Below the pieces are notes generated by a model. The model saw only the letters and a program-made list of their open reading frames with translations, made no database searches and was not told the origin of the DNA. A stretch of DNA of 64,000 nt from positions 10,487 to 74,486 of the forward strand of contig JAVKJW010000010.1 of NCBI GenBank assembly GCA_031458695.1, given 5' to 3'. The stretch is from Candidatus Thermofontivivens primus. GTDB lineage: Bacteria; Sysuimicrobiota; Sysuimicrobiia; Sysuimicrobiales; Thermofontiviventaceae. How positions within the stretch are numbered: position 1 is the stretch's first letter; every line of letters begins with the position of its first letter. The translations under genes and the position numbers were made by a program. Shown here piece by piece: positions 1 through 9,757 of the stretch.

Positions 1-1
1 C

Positions 2-952
2 CTTTGCTATTTCTCTTCTATCTTCCGAGGGAAGGAAGCACGGGGGGATCGCCCCCGGGAGTACACACAAGCAGGGGTAGAACTCATAGGAGCCACAGGG
101 ATCGATGCCGACGCGGAAGTGATCGCCCTCGCCGTGGAGGCCATGCAGCAGGCCGGCGTGGAAGAGTTTCAGATTGGGATCGGCCACGTAGGATTCCTCA
201 AGGAGCTCCTGGCCAACGGGATCGAGGAAAGCGACCAGACGGAGATCAAGGAACTCCTCTACCGCCAGGATTTCGTAAGCCTCCGGGAAAGGCTCGAGGA
301 GCTGGACGTGGACCAAGGGATCTCCGAAGCGGTCCTGAGGCTCCCGGAGATGCGCGGGTCGCGAGCCCTGGAAGAAGCTCACCGTTTGTGCCCCACGAAG
401 CCAGCGCGAGCCGCACTGGAGGAGCTGCAGAATTTGTTGGAGGTTCTCCGGGACTACTGTCCAGGGGCAAGGATTCAGCTAGATCTCGGGATTATCCGTG
501 ATTTTACCTATTACACTGGAGTGGTCTTTGAGGGATATGCAGGGGGCCTTGGCTACCCCTTGCTTGGAGGCGGGAGATACGACGGCCTCCTGGGCCGGTT
601 TGGCCTCCCTCTCCCCGCAACAGGGTTTGCCATGGACGTGGACCGTATCCTCGCGACGTGGGCTCCGGTGTCCCAACCTCGTCGCGGCGTCCTCGTCTAC
701 GTCCATAAGGCAGAACGTGCCAGGGGGTTGGATGTTGCCCGTAGGTTACGCGGCCAGGGGATCGTGGTAGTCATGGAGGTTACAGGTCGATCATGGGAGG
801 AGAGCTGTCAAGCCGCACGAGCGCAGGGACTTCTCCTGGCCGCAAGGATCAAGGATCAGCACGTCACAATACGCCACTTACAAACGAGGGAGGAGTGGTC
901 TGTCCCCCTCGATGCTGTAGAGGCAGTGATCAGGGGAAGGAGTCAGCTATGA
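2..952 (+). CDS. hisZ: ATP phosphoribosyltransferase regulatory subunit (5'-truncated by the window)
   Basis: The frame is open from base 2 (LCYFSSIFR...REYTQAGVELIG...DADAEVIALA). HisRS-like motifs YYTGVVF, GGGRYDGLL and PATGFA are present. The stop overlaps the hisG ATG (ATGA). Confidence 0.95.
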   Translation, partial: LCYFSSIFRGKEARGDRPREYTQAGVELIGATGIDADAEVIALAVEAMQQAGVEEFQIGIGHVGFLKELLANGIEESDQTEIKELLYRQDFVSLRERLEELDVDQGISEAVLRLPEMRGSRALEEAHRLCPTKPARAALEELQNLLEVLRDYCPGARIQLDLGIIRDFTYYTGVVFEGYAGGLGYPLLGGGRYDGLLGRFGLPLPATGFAMDVDRILATWAPVSQPRRGVLVYVHKAERARGLDVARRLRGQGIVVVMEVTGRSWEESCQAARAQGLLLAARIKDQHVTIRHLQTREEWSVPLDAVEAVIRGRSQL

Positions 953-1587
953 ACGGCATCACCATCGCCATCCCTTCTGGAAGGCTTTTCCCTGAAGCGT
1001 TCTCTTTCCTCCAGCGCATCGGGTTCGTGGATGCGGAGGTCCAGGACCAGCGACAGCTGTTGCTGCCGGCAAGGTTTCCGGGAAGCCAAGTGCTCATCGC
1101 GAAACCAGTGGACCTCCTGGCGTATGTGGAACACGGTGCAGCGGACGCCGGGATCGCTGGCAAGGATATCCTGTTGGAACAGGAGCGCGATGTCTACGAA
1201 CTCCTGGACCTCGGGTTCGGAGCTTGCAGAGGAGTCGTCGCCGTCCCACAGGAGCGCGTCGAGGAGGTCTGGGCCTCAGGGGGTCTTCTCCGCGTCGCCA
1301 CCAAGTACCCCAGGACTGCCGAGGAGTTCTTCTGGAAGCAGGGAAGGCCTGTGGAGATCATCGAAATGCACGGTTCTGTGGAACTGGCCCCCCGCGTGGG
1401 CCTTGCCGATGCGATCGTAGACCTCGTGATGACGGGCCAGACCCTGCGGGCAAACGGGCTCGTGGAGGTAGCCGAAGTCTTCCAGTCCACGGCCAGGCTC
1501 GTGGTGAACCGCGTGAGCCTGCGCACACGGAGCCAGTCGATCCAGGCATTGCTGGACCGAATCGAGGAGGTGCTCCAACATGTCTAG
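949..1587 (+). CDS. hisG: ATP phosphoribosyltransferase, short form
   Basis: Starts MNGITIAIPSGRL. Motifs RVATKYP and GSVELAPRVGLADAIVDLVMTGQTLRANGL. No C-terminal regulatory domain, consistent with hisZ. ATG at 949 follows AAGGAG. Confidence 0.95.
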   Translation: MNGITIAIPSGRLFPEAFSFLQRIGFVDAEVQDQRQLLLPARFPGSQVLIAKPVDLLAYVEHGAADAGIAGKDILLEQERDVYELLDLGFGACRGVVAVPQERVEEVWASGGLLRVATKYPRTAEEFFWKQGRPVEIIEMHGSVELAPRVGLADAIVDLVMTGQTLRANGLVEVAEVFQSTARLVVNRVSLRTRSQSIQALLDRIEEVLQHV

Positions 1588-1623
1588 GGAGCAACCCAAG
1601 CACAATCTGTTGTGGAGATACCT

Positions 1624-1664
1624 CTGGAGGTCTCGCAATTTCCTCCTCCATCAAAGACCTCCAG
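1624..1664. repeat. 10-bp perfect inverted repeat in the hisG-hisD spacer
   Basis: CTGGAGGTCT (1624-1633) and AGACCTCCAG (1655-1664), with a 21-nt loop. Confidence 0.6.
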
Positions 1665-1719
1665 CAAGGACCCAAAAACCTCTGCCAGGTGCGCGAATCT
1701 AGGGAAGCCGACGGGAGGG

Positions 1720-3024
1720 ATGGATGTGGAGATCATCCGGTTAGGAGAAGCAGAACCCGCCCGCTTGCGCAAGATCCTCCAGCGGGCGAACCACCGCATC
1801 TTTTCGGAGGAAATCCTTGGACACGTGCGCGGGATCCTTGAGGATGTGCGTCGGCGTGGCGACGAAGCGATCTTGGAAGCAACGCGCCAGTGGGATCGTG
1901 TAGAACTCACCGTGGACCGGCTGCCAGTGGGGCGCACGGAGATCCATCAAGCCTATGAGCAGGTCGATGATGGGGTCAGGAAGGCTATCGAGGCGGCTAT
2001 TGAACGAACCCGCCGGTTCAACGAGCTCCTCCGGCCGCGGGCGATGTGGCTCGAAGAAATAGAGGAAGGGATGGTGATAGGAGCCAAGGTCACCCCCGTG
2101 GAGAGCGTGGGCGTCTACGTCCCCGCGGGGAAAGGGGCATTCCCGTCTACCTGTGTCACCATTGTGACCCCGGCGGTGATGGCGGGCGTCCAAGAGATTG
2201 CCATCGTCCTCCCCCCGAGGCCTGACGGGTCCGCGGACCCTGCTGTCCTCGTCGCTGCTGACATGCTGGGGGTGCACCGTGTCTTCCGATGCAACGGGGT
2301 CGCCGGGATCGCCGGGCTGGCTTTTGGAACTGCGACCCTCCCCCGGGTCCAGAAGGTAGTGGGGCCTGGAAACCCTTATGTGGTGGCCGCCCAGCTCGCC
2401 GTACAATCCTATGGCGTGGATATGAGCGTTTTGCTAGGACCTACGGAATGCGTTGTCCTTGCCGATGGGGATGCGGATCCCAAGCGGGTTGCCCTTGATC
2501 TCCTCAACGAAGCGGAGCACGGGGAGGATTCGGCAGCGATCCTGATGACAATCGATGAAGGCATAGCCAGGGAGGTCCGACACCACCTCGAGGCCTTCCT
2601 CCAGAAACTCCCCTCGCCCCGGCGGGAGTACGCCATGGCGGCTCTCTCAGAGTACGGGGGGCTCCTCGTCGCTCGTGACATGGAGGAGGCGGTGGCATTC
2701 ATCAACCTTTATGCTCCTGAACACCTGCAGATCGCCACGCGCAACCCCTGGGAGATCGTGCAGAAGATCCGGAACGCTGGGGAGGTGCTGATTGGACAAG
2801 AGACACCGTTCTCTGCAGCCAATTACGCTATCGGCGTGCCCGCAGCACTGCCCACAGGAGGTGCAGCCAGGTATTCCAGCGGGGTGACAATCCTGAGCTT
2901 CCTCAAGCTCACTTCCCTCGCCTCACTCGATCCGCGTGGTTTAGAAAGGGTCCGACCTGTCGTGGAGCGCCTGGGTCACTACGAGAACTTCCCAGCCCAT
3001 GTGATGGCGGTGACGCAGCGCTGA
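1720..3024 (+). CDS. hisD: Histidinol dehydrogenase (divergent metal site)
   Basis: Motifs GPGNPYV, DLLNEAEH, APEHL and LPTGG. Start placed at ATG 1720 after GGGAGGG. Lies within the his operon. Confidence 0.85.
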   Translation: MDVEIIRLGEAEPARLRKILQRANHRIFSEEILGHVRGILEDVRRRGDEAILEATRQWDRVELTVDRLPVGRTEIHQAYEQVDDGVRKAIEAAIERTRRFNELLRPRAMWLEEIEEGMVIGAKVTPVESVGVYVPAGKGAFPSTCVTIVTPAVMAGVQEIAIVLPPRPDGSADPAVLVAADMLGVHRVFRCNGVAGIAGLAFGTATLPRVQKVVGPGNPYVVAAQLAVQSYGVDMSVLLGPTECVVLADGDADPKRVALDLLNEAEHGEDSAAILMTIDEGIAREVRHHLEAFLQKLPSPRREYAMAALSEYGGLLVARDMEEAVAFINLYAPEHLQIATRNPWEIVQKIRNAGEVLIGQETPFSAANYAIGVPAALPTGGAARYSSGVTILSFLKLTSLASLDPRGLERVRPVVERLGHYENFPAHVMAVTQR

Positions 3025-3057
3025 GGAGTTCCAAAGGAGGGCGCGAAGAGAAGCCGT

Positions 3058-4143
3058 ATGGACACGTTACGGAGAGATCACCAACGTGCTGCAGCGAGGC
3101 CAGAGGTGAGGGCTCTACGCCCGTATCGCCTCGATCAATCCCGGTTCCAGGTAAAACTCAACCAGAACGAGAACCCCTACGACTGGCCAGAGGAGATCAA
3201 GGAGGAGGTCCTGCGCCGCCTCCGCGCCTCCCCCTGGAACCGTTATCCCTCGGTAGATGCAGCCCCGCTGCGCCAAGCTCTCGCAGAGGCCATGGGCCTG
3301 TCCAGCGACATGGTGGCCGTCACCAATGGGAGCAACGAGGCGATCCTTGCGCTGATCCAGACCTACGCAACAGGCGGGAGTGTCGTCTACCCCATCCCTA
3401 CGTACTCCATGGTACGTCCACTCACCGTCATCGGCGGGGCAACACCTATAGAGGTTCCCCTGCGGCCAGACTTCTCGCTGGATGCCCAAGCTCTCCTCAC
3501 CAAGGCCATCGAAACCAACGCACGCCTTGTCTTTTTGGCCTCCCCCAACAACCCCACGGGGAATCTCTTTGCGCGAGAGGCCATCCTAGCGGTGGCAGGA
3601 GGATCCCCCGGAGTAGTGATTGTGGATGAAGCGTATTTCAGTTTTTCCCGCACCTCCTTCCTCGATGAGGTGCTCCGCCGCGACAGATTCGCTGTGATCC
3701 GCACATTCTCCAAGGCTTTCAGCCTCGCAGGTGCACGCGTCGGTTGGATCATGGCCAACTCCCAGATCATTGCAGAAGTCAGCAAGGTCCTGCCTCCTTA
3801 CAACCTCGACCTGTTCGCCCAGACCACAGCAATCGTTGCGCTTGAACACAGGGACCTCCTGGAAAAGCACGTTCGCGTCATCCTCCGGGAGCGTGATCGC
3901 GTGTTTGCGGCTCTTTCCCAGATGGAAGGAGTCCATCCTTACCCGAGCGAGGCCAATTTCATCCTCTTCCGGACCCGCCTCCCCGCCCAGGAGGTGTTCG
4001 ATCGTCTCCTGGAGCGCGGGATCCTCGTGCGGGATGTCTCCTCCTATCCGCTGCTGGAAGGGTGCCTCCGGGTGACCATCGGGAGGCCACAGGAGAACGA
4101 CCTGTTCCTAGAAGCATTGGAGGAGATCCTCCGGAAACGTTGA
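3058..4143 (+). CDS. hisC: Histidinol-phosphate aminotransferase
   Basis: Motifs KLNQNENP, NRYP, SPNNPTG, VDEAY and RTFSKAFSLAGARVG (PLP lysine). Confidence 0.95.
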   Translation: MDTLRRDHQRAAARPEVRALRPYRLDQSRFQVKLNQNENPYDWPEEIKEEVLRRLRASPWNRYPSVDAAPLRQALAEAMGLSSDMVAVTNGSNEAILALIQTYATGGSVVYPIPTYSMVRPLTVIGGATPIEVPLRPDFSLDAQALLTKAIETNARLVFLASPNNPTGNLFAREAILAVAGGSPGVVIVDEAYFSFSRTSFLDEVLRRDRFAVIRTFSKAFSLAGARVGWIMANSQIIAEVSKVLPPYNLDLFAQTTAIVALEHRDLLEKHVRVILRERDRVFAALSQMEGVHPYPSEANFILFRTRLPAQEVFDRLLERGILVRDVSSYPLLEGCLRVTIGRPQENDLFLEALEEILRKR

Positions 4144-4214
4144 TCAGCGTGCATGAAGGCACACTTCGGACTTGTCCTGGTCAGGGAATCGTCTTGCGAA
4201 AGGTAGGGGAAGCG

Positions 4215-4808
4215 ATGGAACCGAGGATCGGCAGAGTACAGCGCAAGACCAGCGAGACCCAGGTGGAGGTGGAGCTCAACCTGGATGGTGTTGGGGAATA
4301 CCAAGTCCATACGGGCATCCCCTTTTTCGATCACATGCTTGCCCAGATTGCCGTCCACGGTCGGTTTGACCTTCGCTTGCATGCCTCGGGGGATCTGGAG
4401 GTCGACGCTCACCACACCGTGGAGGACGTGGGGATCTGTCTGGGGCAAGCATTCCGTCAGGCGCTCGGGGAGGGCAGGGGGATCGTCCGTTTTGCCTGGG
4501 TTCTTGCTCCGATGGACGAGACGCTTGTGCTCGCCGCGGTGGATCTCAGTGGCCGTCCCTTCCTCCACTACAACGTCCCAGTGGAGAGGGTCCTGCTTGG
4601 GAGCTTCCCCACAGATCTGTGTGAGGAGTTCTTCCGGGCCTTCGTTTCCCACGGCGGGTTCACCCTCCACCTCAATCTCCAGTATGGAAAAAACCCTCAC
4701 CACATCCTCGAGGCGGTGTTCAAGGCCACGGCGCTTTCCCTGGGTCAGGCAACCCGCCGCGAGAGGGGAAGGGAAGGGATCCCGAGCACGAAGGGAAGGT
4801 TGGACTGA
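4215..4808 (+). CDS. hisB: Imidazoleglycerol-phosphate dehydratase (monofunctional)
   Basis: Motifs FFDHML, DAHHTVED, NPHHILEAVFK and PSTKG. No N-terminal phosphatase domain. ATG at 4215. Confidence 0.95.
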   Translation: MEPRIGRVQRKTSETQVEVELNLDGVGEYQVHTGIPFFDHMLAQIAVHGRFDLRLHASGDLEVDAHHTVEDVGICLGQAFRQALGEGRGIVRFAWVLAPMDETLVLAAVDLSGRPFLHYNVPVERVLLGSFPTDLCEEFFRAFVSHGGFTLHLNLQYGKNPHHILEAVFKATALSLGQATRRERGREGIPSTKGRLD

Positions 4809-4809
4809 G

Positions 4810-5496
4810 ATGCGCGTGGCCATCATTGACTACGGTGCAGGGAACTTGAGAAGCGTGCAGAAGGCCCTCGCCTGCGCAGGGCTCGAGGCGGATATCGTCG
4901 AACGGCCAGAATCTCTTTCGAAGGCAGCGGCAATCGTCCTCCCCGGGGTAGGAGCTTTCGGCCCTGCCATGGCCAGGCTTCGTGAGCGTGGATTCGACGT
5001 AACGATCCTAGAGATGGTGACCTCCGGAGTTCCTCTCCTGGGGCTTTGCCTGGGAATGCAGCTTCTGTTTGAGGAAAGCCTGGAAAATGGTCTCCATCTG
5101 GGGCTCGGGCTTCTCCCTGGGCGAGTGGAGCGCCTCCCAGCGGGGCTGAAGGTGCCCCATATGGGGTGGAACCAGCTCAACATCCAGCAGCCGGCCCCGT
5201 TCCTGGAGGGTCTCCCAAATGGGAGCTACGTGTACTTTGTACATTCTTATTACGCAGTGCCGCGGGAGAAGAGCATCGTCTCGGCAACCACAACCTATGG
5301 GGTGGAGATCCCCGCAGTGGTAGGACGTGGAGTCATCTGGGGCTGCCAGTTCCACCCAGAGAAGAGCAGCGTGACAGGGCTTAAGATCCTGTCCAACTTC
5401 CGGCGCTGGTTGCATAAATACTCAGGAGCTGGCGACTGGCAAAGGTCTCTTGGCATTTGCCCGGGTGTACGCGATGTTGATCATCCCAGCCATTGA
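4810..5496 (+). CDS. hisH: Imidazole glycerol phosphate synthase, glutamine amidotransferase subunit
   Basis: Starts MRVAIIDYGAGNLRSV. Motifs LGLCLGMQ, PHMGWN, YFVHSY and QFHPEKS. Confidence 0.95.
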   Translation: MRVAIIDYGAGNLRSVQKALACAGLEADIVERPESLSKAAAIVLPGVGAFGPAMARLRERGFDVTILEMVTSGVPLLGLCLGMQLLFEESLENGLHLGLGLLPGRVERLPAGLKVPHMGWNQLNIQQPAPFLEGLPNGSYVYFVHSYYAVPREKSIVSATTTYGVEIPAVVGRGVIWGCQFHPEKSSVTGLKILSNFRRWLHKYSGAGDWQRSLGICPGVRDVDHPSH

Positions 5497-6196
5497 CATT
5501 CTAGGGGGGCGGTGCGTCCGCCTTCGACGGGGAGATCCGTCGACTGCCGTGGTGTACGAGGAGGATCCTGCGGTTGTAGCAGTAAAGTGGGAGAGGGCAG
5601 GCGCCAGGTGGCTTCATGTGGTCGACTTGGACGGTGCCTTCAGAGGAGTCCCTCACAACCTTGAGGCCGTGGGGCGCATCCTCCAGTCAGTGAGGATCCC
5701 AGTCCAGTTTGGAGGGGGAATCCGGAACCGGGCGGCGCTGGAACAAGTCTTTGACGTCGGTGTCTCGCGCGCGATCCTGGGTACAAAAGCCCTCGCCGAT
5801 CCGGATTTCCTCTCAGAAGCCACCCGCCAGTTCCAGGACCGAATTGCAGTGGCCTTGGACGTGAAGAGCAGGCGTGTCGCTGTGGAGGGTTGGCTTACAA
5901 CGCTCCCCCTGGACTTCTTAGAAGCTGCAAAGATCCTGGTGGAGAGCGGAGTGAGGCGGTTGATCTACACCGATGTCTCGCGGGACGGTGCGATGACAGG
6001 TCCGGACCTCAGCGGTCTTACGAGCCTGCTCGATACCGTAGGAGTCCCCGTGATCGCATCAGGAGGCGTTTCCTCCATGTCCGATCTGGAACAGCTGGCC
6101 CAGTTGGCTCCCAAAGGCCTTGAGGGAGTGATCATCGGCCGCGCCCTCTATGAAGGAAGGATTGACCTTGCCGGTGCCATCGCAAGGTTTCTGTAG
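5474..6196 (+). CDS. hisA: ProFAR isomerase
   Basis: Starts MLIIPAIDI. Motifs LHVVDLDGA, GGGIR, TDVSRDG and IASGGV. Confidence 0.95.
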   Translation: MLIIPAIDILGGRCVRLRRGDPSTAVVYEEDPAVVAVKWERAGARWLHVVDLDGAFRGVPHNLEAVGRILQSVRIPVQFGGGIRNRAALEQVFDVGVSRAILGTKALADPDFLSEATRQFQDRIAVALDVKSRRVAVEGWLTTLPLDFLEAAKILVESGVRRLIYTDVSRDGAMTGPDLSGLTSLLDTVGVPVIASGGVSSMSDLEQLAQLAPKGLEGVIIGRALYEGRIDLAGAIARFL

Positions 6197-6261
6197 ATCT
6201 GTGTCCGAGGCCAACCGACCTCGCGTTGTGAACTCCTTGGCGAACGGGGGGAATCGAAATC

Positions 6262-7053
6262 ATGCTTGCCAAGCGCGTCATCCCCTGTCTCGATGTGAAG
6301 GACGGGCGGGTTGTGAAAGGGGTGCGTTTCCAGGGGCTGCGTGATGCCGGCGATCCGGCCGAGCTGGCCGAGGCCTACGATCGTGAAGGAGCTGATGAGA
6401 TCGTCTTCTTGGACATCACGGCAAGCGTGGAGGGCCGCGCCACCATGGTCGAGGTGGTGCGCCGAACGGCCGAACGAGCATTTATCCCCCTCACAGTGGG
6501 TGGGGGGGTGCGGAACTTGGAAGACGTCCAACGCCTGCTCCGTGCCGGGGCAGACAAGGTGGCCATGAACACCGCCTGTGTCCAAAACCCCATTCTTATT
6601 GCGCAGGCTGCTGATCGCTTTGGGAGCCAGTGCGTGGTGGTGGCGATAGATGCGAAGCAGATCTCCCCATCACGGTGGGAGGTGTATATCAACGGGGGCA
6701 GGACTCCCACGGGACTCGATGCAGTCGCTTGGGCGGAGCAGGCAGCAGCGCTGGGGGCGGGGGAGATCCTGCTGACCAGCATCGATCGCGACGGCACTAG
6801 GGACGGTTACGACCTGGAACTCACCAAGAGAGTGGCAGGAAGCGTGCCGATCCCAGTCATTGCCTCGGGGGGGGCAGGCACGCTCCACCACCTCCTCGAG
6901 GCCCTCACCGAGGGCAAGGCGGACGCCGTACTCGTTGCCTCGCTCTTTCACTCCAAGCAGCACACGATACGTGAAGCCAAAGAATACCTGCGGGCGAGGG
7001 GGGTGCCCGTGCGGTTGGATGAACAACCTCAACAAGAAGGAGGCGTGTGGTGA
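6262..7053 (+). CDS. hisF: Imidazole glycerol phosphate synthase, cyclase subunit
   Basis: Starts [20 protein letters not shown]. Motifs [15 protein letters not shown] and IASGGAG. Confidence 0.97.
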   Translation: MLAKRVIPCLDVKDGRVVKGVRFQGLRDAGDPAELAEAYDREGADEIVFLDITASVEGRATMVEVVRRTAERAFIPLTVGGGVRNLEDVQRLLRAGADKVAMNTACVQNPILIAQAADRFGSQCVVVAIDAKQISPSRWEVYINGGRTPTGLDAVAWAEQAAALGAGEILLTSIDRDGTRDGYDLELTKRVAGSVPIPVIASGGAGTLHHLLEALTEGKADAVLVASLFHSKQHTIREAKEYLRARGVPVRLDEQPQQEGGVW

Positions 7054-7685
7054 AGAACCCGGTTGTGGAGATCCGGTTCGATTCGAATGGGTTGATCCCT
7101 GTGATCGCCCAGGAAGCGAGGACAGGCAAGGTTCTGATGCTCGCGTATATGAACGCCGATGCACTCCGGCGTACCCAAGAAAGCGGCGATGCTTGGTACT
7201 GGAGCAGGTCGCGCCAGAGATTGTGGAGGAAGGGAGAGGAATCAGGGCATACCCAGAAGGTCCAGGAGATCCGCGTAGATTGCGATGGAGATGCGCTCCT
7301 TCTCCTTGTCGAGCAAAAGGGGCCGGCATGCCATACTGGGCAAACATCCTGCTTCTACCGCGATATCGAAGGAGAAGTAAAAACCCCAATCCCGGCGACT
7401 CCAGCGCCGCCTCTCCTGACTGAGCTGGAAAACGTCCTCAAGGAGCGCCTGAGGAATCCCCGGCCTGGGTCCTACACGAGTAGCCTCTTCCGGCAGGGTA
7501 CAGAGGCCATCGGGGCCAAGATCGTGGAGGAAGCCCAGGAAGTCGTCCAGGCGGCCCGTGCCGAGGGGCGACAGCGGCTCATCGAGGAAGCAGCTGATCT
7601 TGTCTTCCATACCCTTGTCTTGCTCGTCTTCCAAGGGGTCGCGTTGGGGGAGGTATTGGATGAGTTGCGACGAAGACGCCGATAG
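7050..7685 (+). CDS. hisIE: Bifunctional phosphoribosyl-AMP cyclohydrolase / phosphoribosyl-ATP pyrophosphatase
   Basis: Motifs [26 protein letters not shown], then SYTSSLF, KIVEEA and EAADLVFH. The GTG overlaps the hisF stop. Confidence 0.95.
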   Translation: MKNPVVEIRFDSNGLIPVIAQEARTGKVLMLAYMNADALRRTQESGDAWYWSRSRQRLWRKGEESGHTQKVQEIRVDCDGDALLLLVEQKGPACHTGQTSCFYRDIEGEVKTPIPATPAPPLLTELENVLKERLRNPRPGSYTSSLFRQGTEAIGAKIVEEAQEVVQAARAEGRQRLIEEAADLVFHTLVLLVFQGVALGEVLDELRRRRR

Positions 7686-7693
7686 GATAGGGT

Positions 7694-8806
7694 ATGTCCT
7701 CCGGGCCGAAGACCACACGATTCGCAGAGGCCCCTCCGGGCTACTTCGCCAAGAGGCGCCGGAGAGGTCTCACCGTCTTAGGCCTTGCTCTCCTTCTTCT
7801 TCTGACCACCCTCGCGGCCACGGCTTGGGGGTCCGTGGCGATCCCCATCCCCGAAGTTGCCAGGATCCTTATCAGGCAGTTCATCCCGTCCCTTCTCCCC
7901 CCTGGGGACCCCGTGGCCGAGGCCATTGTGATGTTGATCCGCCTCCCGCGCGTCCTGCTCGCTGCGGTGGTGGGAATGGCTCTCGGTGCCACTGGCGTCG
8001 TCTATCAAGGACTCTTCCGCAACCCCATGGCCGATCCGTACATCCTCGGCGTCAGCAGCGGGGCGGCCCTTGGCGCTACCATCGCCATCCTCTTTGACCT
8101 CCGGGTATGGTTCCTGGGACTCAGTGCCACTCCTTTGCTGGCATTCGCAGGAGCGCTCGGGGCCACAGCAGCAGTGGTACGTATCGCCCGGCGGGGTTAC
8201 GGTTCGGGTACGTGGCCGGTTGATGCCTTGCCCGTGGAAACGCTCCTCCTCGCGGGCATTGCCATGAGCGCCTTCCTTTCTGCGGTGATCTCTCTCCTCT
8301 TGTTCCTCGGGGGAGAGCGTCTTCCTCACGCCATCTTCTGGCTCATGGGGGGGTTCTCCGGGCGCGGATGGGAACACCTGCGGATGGCAGCACCATATGC
8401 CCTCTCCGGGATCGCCATAGCTTTCTTCCTTTCCCCGGACCTGAACCTTCTCCTGACGGGAGAGGAGGAAGCCTTCCAGCTTGGTGTGGATGTCGAACGT
8501 GTCAAGCGGTTCCTGATCGTTGCTGCCTCTCTTGCCGCGGCGAGCGCCGCGGCAACGAGCGGGCTCATTGGGTTCGTGGGCCTCATCGTCCCTCACCTTG
8601 TGAGGTTCTTCGTAGGCCCGGATCACAGGTGGCTCTTGCCCGCCTCAGCCCTTCTCGGTGGGACAATCCTCGTCGTCGCCGACCTCTTCGCCCGCACGCT
8701 TCTGAGCCCCCAAGAGCTCCCTGTGGGGGTGATCACTGCTTTTTTGGGCGGACCTTTCTTCCTCTTCCTCCTGGCCAGGCGGAAAGGGCCCTCCCGAGCC
8801 TATTAA
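7694..8806 (+). CDS. BtuC/FecCD-family ABC transporter permease (cobalamin or iron chelate)
   Basis: Motifs RLPRVLLA, QGLFRNPMADPYILGVSSGA, EEEAFQLG, GLIGFVGLIVPH and LPVGVITAFLGGPFF. Confidence 0.9.
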   Translation: MSSGPKTTRFAEAPPGYFAKRRRRGLTVLGLALLLLLTTLAATAWGSVAIPIPEVARILIRQFIPSLLPPGDPVAEAIVMLIRLPRVLLAAVVGMALGATGVVYQGLFRNPMADPYILGVSSGAALGATIAILFDLRVWFLGLSATPLLAFAGALGATAAVVRIARRGYGSGTWPVDALPVETLLLAGIAMSAFLSAVISLLLFLGGERLPHAIFWLMGGFSGRGWEHLRMAAPYALSGIAIAFFLSPDLNLLLTGEEEAFQLGVDVERVKRFLIVAASLAAASAAATSGLIGFVGLIVPHLVRFFVGPDHRWLLPASALLGGTILVVADLFARTLLSPQELPVGVITAFLGGPFFLFLLARRKGPSRAY

Positions 8807-8809
8807 GTC

Positions 8810-8844
8810 CCCTGGCAAGATTTCGACAAGAGATTTTGCTAGGG
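8810..8844. repeat. Intergenic hairpin, member of the GCAA...TTTTGC family
   Basis: CCCTGGCAAGATTT-cgacaag-AGATTTTGCTAGGG forms a 14-bp stem including G-U pairs. Confidence 0.6.
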
Positions 8845-8954
8845 TTCCATAAAGTAACCCCCCACAAAGGAAGGGTCTTGACTGGGAAGAATCTCGCGAA
8901 GTTGCACCCAGCTCCGGGATCAGGTAATATGGGAAGGTGCTAGGTGTGGGGCCA

Positions 8955-9680
8955 ATGCGCTACCGAGCAATCTTCTTCGACGCAGGGGGAACGCTCATCG
9001 ACCTTCACCCTCCTCGGGAGGTCCTCTTTACGGAGATCATGAGGGACCTTGGCTTCCTCATCTCTCCGGAGGCTTCGTTCCGCGCCTTTGACGGGGCGGA
9101 GGAGTGGTTCGAGAAACAAAGCGCGCTCTACCAGCAGGATCCCGAGAGGTTCTGGCGGGAGTGGTACGAGACCCTTCTTGTCAAGGCAGGGCTTGGGGAG
9201 AAGGCGACTGATCTTGTCCCCCTTGTGGCGCAGGAGTTCCAGCGCCGCCTTGCTTTGCGGCCAATCGACGATGTCGTGGAGACCCTGGAGCACCTGCGAA
9301 GGCTCAACTTGGTCATCGGGGTAGTCTCCAACTGGGACAAGGCCCTCCCAGAGGTCCTCGAAAAGGCCGGGGTCTCCAGGTTCCTGGACTTCGTGATCGC
9401 CTCTGAGGCGGTAGGGGTCTCCAAGCCCGACCCTCGGATCTTCCAGATCGCCCTTGCAAAGGCAGGCGTGCCACCTGAGGGAGTTCTCCATGTCGGAGAC
9501 CTCTACGAGTACGATGTGGTCGGGGCGCGGTCGGCTGGGATCACCCCGGTGCTGATTGATCGTGCAGATCGCTATCCTCACGCCGATTGCATTCGGATTC
9601 GCCGCTTGAACGAGATCGTCCCCCTGGTCGACTGGAACCTTCGATCGCAGGTGCGGAGTGACCCCAGCAAGATCTCCTGA
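8955..9680 (+). CDS. HAD-superfamily hydrolase (subfamily IA)
   Basis: Motif I FDAGGTL, motif II VSN, then KPDPRIF and HVGDLYEYDVVGA. Confidence 0.9.
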   Translation: MRYRAIFFDAGGTLIDLHPPREVLFTEIMRDLGFLISPEASFRAFDGAEEWFEKQSALYQQDPERFWREWYETLLVKAGLGEKATDLVPLVAQEFQRRLALRPIDDVVETLEHLRRLNLVIGVVSNWDKALPEVLEKAGVSRFLDFVIASEAVGVSKPDPRIFQIALAKAGVPPEGVLHVGDLYEYDVVGARSAGITPVLIDRADRYPHADCIRIRRLNEIVPLVDWNLRSQVRSDPSKIS

Positions 9681-9750
9681 CAAGATTTTGCTGGAGAGAT
9701 CGCTGCTCAAGAAAGGGACCCCCGGCAGAAGTCAGAAACCTTTTGCTGGG
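9664..9750. repeat. Two tandem hairpins of the GCAA...TTTTGC family
   Basis: CCAGCAAGATCT-N7-AGATTTTGCTGG (9664-9694) and CCCGGCAGAAG-N8-CTTTTGCTGGG (9721-9750). Confidence 0.6.
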
Positions 9751-9757
9751 TACTCAA

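Noticed and set aside
9678..9757. TGA plus hairpin as a selenocysteine or readthrough signal fusing the HAD and phosphoesterase genes
   Set aside because: The downstream gene is in a different frame, the HAD domain is complete before the stop, and the hairpin belongs to the dispersed repeat family.
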